DNA from: Endozoicomonas sp.
GTDB taxonomy: Bacteria; Pseudomonadota; Gammaproteobacteria; Pseudomonadales; Endozoicomonadaceae
Direction: 5' to 3'
Assembly (NCBI GenBank): GCA_027942505.1
Contig: JAQFVO010001030.1
Span: forward strand, 1 to 52,823
DNA length: 52,823 bases
Shown in pieces: positions 1 to 8,900 of this stretch (positions within the stretch are counted from its first letter, which is position 1; each line of letters starts with the position of its first letter). The translations under genes were made by a program, and so were the position numbers. The notes beneath the pieces are model-generated. The model ran no database searches and had not been told where the DNA came from. It saw nothing but the letters and a program-made list of their open reading frames with translations.

Positions 1-50
1 TTGCTCTGGCATCTGTGATGCTCATTAACATTACTCCCGATTGGCAACCC

Positions 51-280
51 TTGGGGTATCGCATAGACAACCAAGGTTATGTAATACCCCCAGCTACAGC
101 CCACGGCTTGCAAGGGTTTTAGAGAATATGGGGGTATCGAAAATGAGGATTGGGGGTATCGATTTTTGAAGCTTTGAAAATACCCCCATCCGTACCCCCA
201 AATTTTAAGGATACTGGCGGTTTTCAGCAAACGACTACGGAAGTAAAGATAGGCTAGAAGTCAGTAAAATCAAGGGTTTG
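51..280. repeat. Cluster of GGGG(G)TA repeats and an IHF-like site; probable arm region of a second integrated element
   Basis: Copies at about 52, 83, 129, 151, 181 and 193 in both orientations; AATCAAGGGTTTG (268-280) fits WATCAANNNNTTR. Confidence 0.55.
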
Positions 281-311
281 CGGACTTTAAAGGAAGGTGG
301 CGGAAAAGCTT

Positions 312-362
312 CTGGTCGGCGTGAGAGGATTCGAACCTCCGACCCTTTCGTCCCGAACGAAA
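312..362 (-). repeat. Left att core (displaced 3' part of tRNA-Pro)
   Basis: ctggtcggcgtgagaggattcgaacctccgaccctttcgtcccgaacgaaa is identical to 52575-52625. Confidence 0.97.
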
Positions 363-561
363 GGATTTAATCAATAAATTCATATAGTTATACAATAACC
401 CTTATCCTCATAGGGATATTTAAGTTATTGATTTTATTGAGTCGTATAAAACGAGTGTACTCACTGTTTTTGCTAGACTTATGTTGTCTAACCAGTCAGT
501 TATACAGTAGTCCAGAATATCCGTCCCTGCCAGCTGGCAAACCTGCCCTATACTCTGCTAC

Positions 562-672
562 TATTCCCCGGACACAAGCTCGCCTTGTGTCGCTTCCGGC
601 GTCTAACAGCGCGCACTTCAGGTTAACCGCCTGGTGGGACAAACGGCTTCTAAGTCGGGCGTCCGGGGAATA
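562..672 (-). ncRNA. Putative structured antisense RNA (P1 C4 / P4 CI-like architecture)
   Basis: 12-bp closing inverted repeat (562-573 / 661-672), internal hairpins, and a segment complementary to three other loci. Confidence 0.5.
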
Positions 673-754
673 CAAAACTCTCTGAGGAATAGCCGGGCTC
701 CAGTGCGGAGTGTTAGCGCCCGGCACCATATCTTTCCTGTTAAATCCCAAAACG

Positions 755-928
755 TTAATCTGGTAGTAGAGGCACGAGCTCTATTGATAGTCGATATAGC
801 TCCTTTTCGATGTTCTCCAGGGTGCCTTTCGCTGCCGATACAAACAGCTCCGTTTTCTTATCATTGGCCAGCATCAGAGCCTTTTGACACTCTTTACGCA
901 TAGCGATCAGTTTTTTCGCGGTGTCCAT
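755..928 (-). CDS. 57-aa LexA-boxed small protein, candidate antirepressor (not in ORF track)
   Basis: MDTAKKLIAMRKECQKALMLANDKKTELFVSAAKGTLENIEKELYRLSIELVPLLPD*; GGGAG RBS; SOS box about 40 bp upstream. Confidence 0.7.
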   Translation of the reverse strand: MDTAKKLIAMRKECQKALMLANDKKTELFVSAAKGTLENIEKELYRLSIELVPLLPD

Positions 929-969
929 ACAACTCCCGAGGTTTCCCGCTATCAGTTTTCTTAAGAATG

Positions 970-985
970 CTGTTTATTTATACAG
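970..985 (-). promoter_or_regulatory. LexA (SOS) box
   Basis: CTGTATAAATAAACAG matches the gammaproteobacterial CTGT-N8-ACAG consensus. Confidence 0.85.
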
Positions 986-1138
986 CACTTGCTTACATAC
1001 CAATAATAAGGGGGTGCGTATTTAAATTTGTGATACAGGTCAATTTATCGTCTAGGCTTGCCGCTGCTGCAAAACTTTCGTGAATAAGTATGCAGCTAAC
1101 GCATAGTGCTCTAACAGGCCGCACTCAGGGTAAAGACG

Positions 1139-1474
1139 ATGAAGGTGACGTTTGGCGAAAGGCTCCGACTGGCCCGAAAAGATGCCGGTAAATCACAGAC
1201 TTTTATGGCATCCATGGTGAGCGTTAATGCTTCAACGTGGAATCGTTGGGAGAACAACCGGTCGCTGCCGGACTTGCTCGACTTACAGAGAATTGGAAGC
1301 CAATGTGGTCTGTCACTGGACTGGCTGGTGATGGGTATTGATACTCACAACGGTGTCGCTGCTCATATCATTTTCATGCTGGATAAGCTGAGACCGAGAG
1401 AATCAAAAAAATTGCTGGAATGGATAGAGGTACGCTTGGAAAGCGGTGACATACTCCCACCACTAAGCCGCTAA
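1139..1474 (+). CDS. XRE-family HTH regulator; last codons supplied by the IS right end
   Basis: FGERLRLARKDAGKSQ...STWNRWENNRSLP...SLDWLVMG is an HTH_3-like pattern. Confidence 0.85.
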   Translation: MKVTFGERLRLARKDAGKSQTFMASMVSVNASTWNRWENNRSLPDLLDLQRIGSQCGLSLDWLVMGIDTHNGVAAHIIFMLDKLRPRESKKLLEWIEVRLESGDILPPLSR

Positions 1475-2842
1475 GCGGCTATAGTGGGGGCTTCTTGTGA
1501 CCCATACCGATAAGCATCAGTACCTTTCGCTGTAGAACCTGCGCTGACAGGACTCTCTACAGGGGAACTCTTTACACAATCACTGTGTCCCAGTGAATCA
1601 GCTAATCCCATATCTCTTATATTTCGTGCGGCATTCGTGTCCCGATCATTCACTGAATGACAGCCTGGACATTCCCATTCACGGATGGACAACGGCATGG
1701 ATTCCATTTTGTAGCCACAGCAGTTACAGAGCTTGGAGCTTGGCTGGAACCTTCCGATCCGAAGAAGGTTCTTGCCATTCCAACGGCACTTGTAATCCAG
1801 TGTCGTCAGGAACATGCCCCAACCGGCATCCTGTATTGCCCTGGCAAGCTTATGGTTCTTTGTCATGCCCTTGATATTCAGGTCTTCGACAACAAAGGTG
1901 GTTGCGTGGTTTTTGTCAGCCAGCTTTGCTGTTACCTGATGAATGAAGTCGTAGCGGCGGTTGGCTACTTTTTCATGGATGGTTGATACTTTCCGTTTCT
2001 GCTTTGCCCTGCTGCCAGATCCCTTTTTCTTTCTGGCGAGTTTTTTTTGTTCAATGGCGAGTCGAACAAGCGATGCCTTCAGCAACCTTGGGTTATCACT
2101 CTTGTTGCCTGCACTGTCGATCAGGAACGAGGTCAGTCCAACATCAAGGCCAACGGTATGTTCTGGCTCAATCAACGCCAGTACTGGATCAATGGCGCCA
2201 TTTTCTACCAAAACACTGGCATAGTATTTACCAGAAGGAGAACGCTTGATCGTGACCGTTTTTATTTTGCCGACAAAAGGGCGGTGCAGTTTCGCCTTGA
2301 TGCCCTTGAGCTTTGGCAGATTGATCCGGTTATTGTCGAAATCAACCGTCACATGTTGGGGACACTGATAAGACTGCCAACCGGAGTATTTGGACTTGAA
2401 CCTGGGAAACTTCGCTCGGCCCCGAAAGAAGTTGGTGAATGCGGTATCGAGATGAACAAGGGAGGCCAACAGGCTTTGACTATTGACTTCGTTTAGCCAC
2501 TCTTTATCGTCTTTCTTGCTGGCAACCAGCAAATCTTGCAGTTGTCGCTTTGACAGACTTTTCCCTGTTTCCTTGTAATGCTTTTCTTTTTCAGCAAGAG
2601 CCCAATTATATACATGCCGAACGCAACCAAAGTGCTTGGCAAGCAACACTTTCTGTTCACCATTCGGATAAATTCTGTACTTGTAGGCTCTCATGGTATT
2701 TTTGACAATTTGACCAGTAGAAAGTTCACAGTTTATTGATGGTTTTGCCAGCCCTCTCCGGGCTGGTCGCTACCTAGGCGGCCCCATCCATCACCACCCA
2801 AGCTCTCCGAGCTATGGGTGGAGAATTACGCGAGGTTCGTTA
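1446..2842 (-). mobile_element. IS200/IS605-family element carrying tnpB only (IS1341-like); left end approximate
   Basis: tnpB is followed by a typical right end (GAAGCCCCCACTATAGCC...GTGGTGGGAGTATGTCAC, ending at 1446); a hairpin-rich left end lies at about 2748-2842; no tnpA. Confidence 0.8.
1471..2694 (-). CDS. tnpB: RNA-guided endonuclease TnpB
   Basis: MRAYKYRIYP N-terminus, RuvC motifs GLDVG / VEDL / DRDTNAARNI, CNCC-CPGC zinc finger, QEAPT C-terminus. Confidence 0.95.
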   Translation of the reverse strand: MRAYKYRIYPNGEQKVLLAKHFGCVRHVYNWALAEKEKHYKETGKSLSKRQLQDLLVASKKDDKEWLNEVNSQSLLASLVHLDTAFTNFFRGRAKFPRFKSKYSGWQSYQCPQHVTVDFDNNRINLPKLKGIKAKLHRPFVGKIKTVTIKRSPSGKYYASVLVENGAIDPVLALIEPEHTVGLDVGLTSFLIDSAGNKSDNPRLLKASLVRLAIEQKKLARKKKGSGSRAKQKRKVSTIHEKVANRRYDFIHQVTAKLADKNHATTFVVEDLNIKGMTKNHKLARAIQDAGWGMFLTTLDYKCRWNGKNLLRIGRFQPSSKLCNCCGYKMESMPLSIREWECPGCHSVNDRDTNAARNIRDMGLADSLGHSDCVKSSPVESPVSAGSTAKGTDAYRYGSQEAPTIAA

Positions 2843-2936
2843 AAAAATCCGGGTACAATCTTGCCCTGCCTGGTGCCGTCAATTGCGCACCAGACTCGGA
2901 TTCTGCTCCATATTCTCCCTAGCTTGACTGGCTACC

Positions 2937-5900
2937 TCAGTAGCCAGCCTCCCGTATGGCCTCCTGGTACAGATCATTGATCTGGCTATTGAGCCGATCA
3001 ATGCGCTGCTTCTTCACCGGCGCTGTCATAAACCGACTGTCCAGAATTTTCCTGACCTCCTTCTTCAGTTTGCTGATCCTGCGACTGTAGCGGTTCAGCT
3101 CTATGCGGCTGTCCAGTGCCTCGCTGCCTTCGCGCTCCAGCTCGGCAGCCTCTTCCAGCCGACCCTGCTCGGTAAAGTTCTTGATGGTGGCGGCCAGTGA
3201 GTTTGATTCCCGCAACAGGTCGTACATCTCTGTGCTGTAGCGGGTTGCGCCTTCGTCGTTGCCGCGAATGAATGAGCCAATCACAGGCCATTGTCTCACG
3301 CTCAACTCTGGTCGCTGGGGTGCGCCCCTGGCTTCTCTGGCCAGTGCGTCGGCACCCATCAGGGCGTAGCTGCCCAAGGTACCAAAATATCCTCTGAGCA
3401 AGTATTCCAGTCGCTTGGGTGAGCGCATCCATTCCGGCGCACCATCCGGCATGGCTTCTGCCAGTGCCTTGGTGGTTTCACTGGTCCATGGGGTGTACTG
3501 GCTCTCGGGCATCTGGTACTGCATACCAAGCGACAGGATGGGGGCGTCGGTAAAGCTGTTCTTGTTCCGGGCGACGTCCAGGGCGGGCGCAATGAACTGT
3601 GGCATCCCCATGGCAAATACGTCAGTAAACATTTTGCCGACCATCTTACCGGCCCACTCGCCGTCTTCTCCATTAAATGCGACGTTGTTAAACACCTCCG
3701 GCATGGTGGCAAAAATAGCGCCCATCTCAAACGGTTTTGGTATCCGGTAGTGATTGCCTTCACCGTCCCAGAAGTGATGCCAGGTTAGCTTTTCATGGTC
3801 GGGCAGCTCCTTGTAACGCTCGTCATCGGCAAACAGAGACCACAGCGCGATACTGGCGGCCATATACATGGAGCCTCGCAGCAACATGGCTGAGGGGTTT
3901 TCGATACCGCCCCGCGCTAATCTGTCCAGGCCTTGCATGCGGGCGTTGAGGAACGGGATTATTTCAGTGAGTATTCTCATGCTCTGCCACTTGCCGCGCC
4001 GGGTAAAGTTCAGAACGTCCTGCGCCTGGTGTGCGGCTTCGGCAATACTGGCACCCTGCTCCATGGCTTTGTTGAATACGGCCAGTCGGTTGGCGTTTTC
4101 AAAACGACTGCCTTGCTTCTGCCACCACTGCCAGCTTTGCTCAATGTTATCCAGCGCACGACGATGGTGAGCCTTATACTGTCCCGGGGTCAGCTTGCCG
4201 CGCACGTTATCAGGTGTGATTTCGTAGAAACCACCGCCACCACCGCCTGCCATCATCAGCGCCCAGTGGTCGTCGGACTCCAGTCCTTTCTTCACGTTGG
4301 CTACCGCTTCGAGCATGGAGGCGTGAAGTGTTTTGCCGCCGACCTCAGGATGTACTGTCATCCATGTTGAGAGAGTATCGCGCACGAAGTTGCGGGCCAT
4401 AAAGCCGGGGTCTGCTGTCACCATTGACGTCAGCAGTCGTTTCGGCATGGCAAATACTTTGAGAATGCCGTGTAAGGTATCCGGCCCCATGGCCTGCATG
4501 GTTTCCAGCAAGTCCTCGTTGCCTTCTTTGACGTGGTAGACGTCGGTCTTTCCGTCGCGGCTGACCTTGACCGATCCTTCGCCCATATCTTCAAACTTGA
4601 TCAGCAAGGCTTCCCAGCGTTTTTTCTGCTCCGGGGTGATGGTGTCTTTTTCATCAAGAATACCTTTGTCTACCAGTCGCTCTTTTACCTGATCCATGGT
4701 CAGGCGAATGCCGCCCCTGGTTTTCTCCATAGCTCCAGCCGCCACGCCCACATCACTGATACGCTGCATGGCAATATTTTTCATGCTGGCATCAATCAGG
4801 CTGGCTGTGTTGCGATAGATCGCCTCCATAGGGCTGATCTGGTCTACTCCACCTTCCAGCTGTTTGATACCGCTTTGCTGGTTGCTCAGGCCTTTGCGGC
4901 GTAGCAGGCTGCTCTGTTTGCCGTCATCCAGGCGGTTTACCCGGTGGAATGGCAGGTAGTCGTCGGTCTCCCAAAGCTTGCGACTGTCCGGGTCTATCAG
5001 GCCGGACTCCTGGGCAAAGTCGAGAATCTGCTTGTTGAATGCCTGGTACTGCTTATGGGCTTGCTCGAACTGTGTTTTCAGTTCTGGCCTGGCGTTGACG
5101 TGGCGGTTGATGGTGTCAATGTCAACTTGTGTGAACAGGTTTTCACGGCCTTCGTTCAGTAACCGTTGCGCCCGTTTTGCGGCGGCCCATGTTTCCCAGA
5201 CTTCCAGTTGCCCGGCCTTGGCCAGTGGCTCGAAGATCTCCAGCAGGCCTTTGGAGTTATCGCGCACAACGACACTCCCGTTCTTCAGTTGCGGCGTGCC
5301 TTTGCCCAGTACGGCGGTCATTATGCCTTCGAGATTCTTGGTCCTCAGGGTGGCTTTGTAGGCTGAGTCTTTGGCCTCTTTCAGTTTGCCTGCATTAACG
5401 CCCTTTTCCATTTTGGCGATGGGGTCAAACTGGTCGATCATGCCGGTATAGAACTTGTCGCCGATTGTCTTCCAGGTGCCTTTGCTGGAAAGCTCCATAT
5501 CCTTGATCCAGCCTTTTACCCGATCCACGATACCGACCTGCTGCTGTCTGCCGCCGTGTACTTTGTTTATCACGCCTTGCACATCATCGGACAGGTTGGC
5601 TTGGGTGGCGGCTATTGCCAGGCTGTAGCGGTTGGTACTGTGGTCAGTATTACCGTCTGACCGGTTATCTTCTGATAACTTTACGGCCTTTCTTTGGTCT
5701 ATACTCAACGAGGGTCCTGCAACAGGCTGGAGCACTACGTCGATTACCTCATATGAGGTATTGCTAGTACCAGATATTCCGGCAGGGCCCTCTTTATTAA
5801 CCTTAAGGTCATACTGGCTTTTGTTGCCTGACTCAAAAGCCCTGACAATAAGCTCAACATCAAATAACTGGCCTTTGATCTGTGCCCACGCCTGTAGCCG

Positions 5901-8900
5901 GTACACACCGTCAAGGTCTTTTCTTCCTTTTTTGTCCGCTTCAAAGACAGGGTTGTTACCACTCTTAATCAATCGATCTAACGCAGGTATCACCAAAGCC
6001 CGGTAATCATCATAATACGGCGGCTTTAATGAATGTTTGATGCCCTGCCAGTTGATCTTTATTTCAGCATTCAAAGCCTTATTAAACACCGTTGTATTTT
6101 TAAAATGTCGGCGTGCGTAGTTGCGAGCCTCCTGATACAAAGCCTTTCTGGTATGTCTTTGCAGCAGTTCCTTACCGGCTACTGTGACCACCTCTCTATC
6201 TTGAAAGCTGTTGTGGTCTTTTGTACCTGAATACCGATTACCAGAATCAGGCCCTTGTGGTCCACCGTCTTTTAATTTCTTGCGGGCTGCTTCCAGTAGC
6301 TCTACCACATCATCATTCGTCCAGCTTATTGATGGGAACAGTTTTCTCAGTACCCGTCGAACCTTGGCAACAAACCGTTTAAAGGTGCTGCTGGTCGGGT
6401 TAGTCTCGGCCAGGTGTGCCAGGTATTCCTCGGCAATCACTGCTTTGCGGGTCTGCTCGTCCATGCCTTTGAGCTGACTGGCGTAGTCCTTTTCTATCCG
6501 GGCTTTAATCTCGGCCGGCATATCGTTATGGATGCGTGCCATAACGCTGTCCATGGTGGAGCCAAGCATTTGTGTGAGCGCCTGGTGACCTGCCACTTCA
6601 TGGAGCACAGTGCGGATCGCCTCTGCCTGGTTATTCAGGTTGGCCGATACGATCCATGCCTGCCCGGTGCGTCGGTCAAAAATACCTTTGATGGTACTTA
6701 CCCCGTCCACCTCCATCTGACTCCTGATATGCGACGGCAGCTGGTTTTCGTCCGTGGCGACATTGACTGTCACTCCTAATTGATTGCCGATTGTGCTGGC
6801 AACCTGGTCGGCGGCGTCTCTGTTGATGCCTGTGGCTGGCCTACCCTGTTTGAACAGCAATCGGTTCTGTGCGGCAATCACCCGTTGCCTGTCGCCGTCT
6901 TTTTTCTGGTCGTAGGTTTTTACCTTCAGTCCGGCGTTCTTCAGGATTTCCAATACTTTTTTATCGGTTCCCCTGGGAACGATGGCGGTATCAAACTCAC
7001 TGAATGACACTGCTCGCTGTGCCTTGGCTTCAAAGTAGGTGGTGGGCAGTGCGGTCAGGTACTCCACCAGATCGTCGATGATCTTCCGGGCTTCCGGGGT
7101 CAGGTTAAAAGCGTCTGCCTGCGCCCTGCGCCCTTCGGTAATCGCTGATCCGGCGTCGTTCATATAGCCCCAACTATCAGCATCATACTTATAGTAAGGC
7201 TTCAGCCTTTCCAGGGCGTCCTCCAACACCTTGCCGGATTCTTCCTTGATCTGTTCCAGCTCTGCCTCTGGAATGATCTTGTTGCGGTCCTTCTGAATAT
7301 CCTTAATCGACTTAAACTCTTTAGCGTAGGCAGAACGGATCGTGCCTGCACCGTAGAAGAAATTCTCGCCGGCTTGCAGTTGTTGGGTCATTTCCTTAAC
7401 CACGTTCTGCAAGCTGTAGTCTGAATAGCGACGGCTGCCGGAATTGGTAAACCCCTTGAATATCTTCCGGCCTTTGACCATGGAATTGAACTTGTCGGTA
7501 GCCCATTGTTCAAAGTCTTTCCTGGCTCTCGGGGATCTCAGCTTTTTACTGATATCGTTTCTGAACTGGCGAATATCTTTGCCGCCAGAATCCTTGTATT
7601 TCTTGACCTCATGGTAAAAATTACGGACTTGATGATCGTGAACTTCTGCGTTGTCGTCGAAATAGATTTCTTCAAAACGGTTTGCCCGGTCCGGTGCTTT
7701 CTCATACATATCTTTCAGCTTGCGCTGATAGTATTTTTTGGCCTGGCCGTAGAACTTGTCACCACGCTCTATCTCGTAGGGGGATGACGGTATGTCACCT
7801 CTGGCAGCGTTCCTGATTGCTCGGTCCACCCTGGCGTTTTTTATTGCCGGAACTTTGCCGATCTCCTGGAGGTAGGCCAGTTCTACTGAATCAGAACGGA
7901 TAAATTCGTTTGCCCCGTCAGTATCAGAGGCTTGATTTATATCTGGGGTATCCAGCCCGAGATTGTCCGGGTCAAGACTGCGTACAAATTGGTAGAACGC
8001 CTTGCTATCAATATCGTAATGCGCCCTTGGCTGTCGGGGGCTGTAAATATCCGCGTCAAAGGTGCGGGTCTTTTTGTCATTCAACAGTTCCGGCTTGGCC
8101 AGCAGGGATATTTCCCCGAATCCGTCAAAGCTGCTGACGTCTGAACGGGCAACGGCTATAGAGGGTGCGGCCAGCCCTCCCAGTTTGTCGGCTTCGATCA
8201 CGCCTTTGGCTGACAGATTGTGTACGACAAACAGGTTCTTTTCATTGGTCAGGCTGTAGCGGTTGGTGCTGGATTCGCTTTCTCCAGTCTTTTGCTTTGA
8301 TGCAGGCTTCGTGGTGTCGCCTTCCTTCAGCCAGTTCTTGAAATCCCCCATGCTCAGCTGGGTAACTTCACCCACCTTCCAGCCTTTCTGATAGCTGGCC
8401 TTGTAACCGTCAATGGCAGACTGCCGATCAGTAAAGCCAAGCATGACTTTATGCTCATCAAAGGAACCGTCCTTGTTTACCTGGTCAACAATAAAGATTT
8501 GTTCGCTGTCGGGGTTGTCACCAACGAATACATCAACCTGATCCCCGTCTGCGCCTTCAGTCCGTTTGATGTAACCGTAGTCGTGAGCCATGGTAACAGA
8601 CCACTCGTTACCATCGGGGTCGGTGCCGGACCGGGTAGAGCCTCGCTTGTTCTCCAGGCTGATATCGAGCCCTTGCAGCTTAATGTGTTCTTTCTTGTAG
8701 TTGCCTGCCTGTTTCTGGGCTTCGGTGGGTTCAGGGTTGGGCTCTGATTCCGATGGTTTGCTTATTTGATCACTGCCCGATGTTTCAGTGTCAGTACTGG
8801 CAGAACCGGCGTTATTGCTGGGTTCGGTTATTTGATCGTTATTTGATGGTGCAGGATTCGCGCCGAGTAAATCCGCCTGCCCCTTGGCTTTATCAAACAT

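Noticed and set aside
312..362. A second complete tRNA-Pro
   Set aside because: Only the 3' 50 nt are present; the D-arm and 5' acceptor strand are missing
492..507. Possible extra LexA box CTGTATAACTGACTGG
   Set aside because: The second half lacks the CAG; only a half-site
428..903. ORFs 428-685, 496-750 and 634-903
   Set aside because: No recognisable motifs; the region is better explained by the 57-aa minus-strand gene and a structured RNA
1426..1445. TnpB guide targeting another site in the prophage
   Set aside because: No convincing second match found by eye; it is simply the insertion flank
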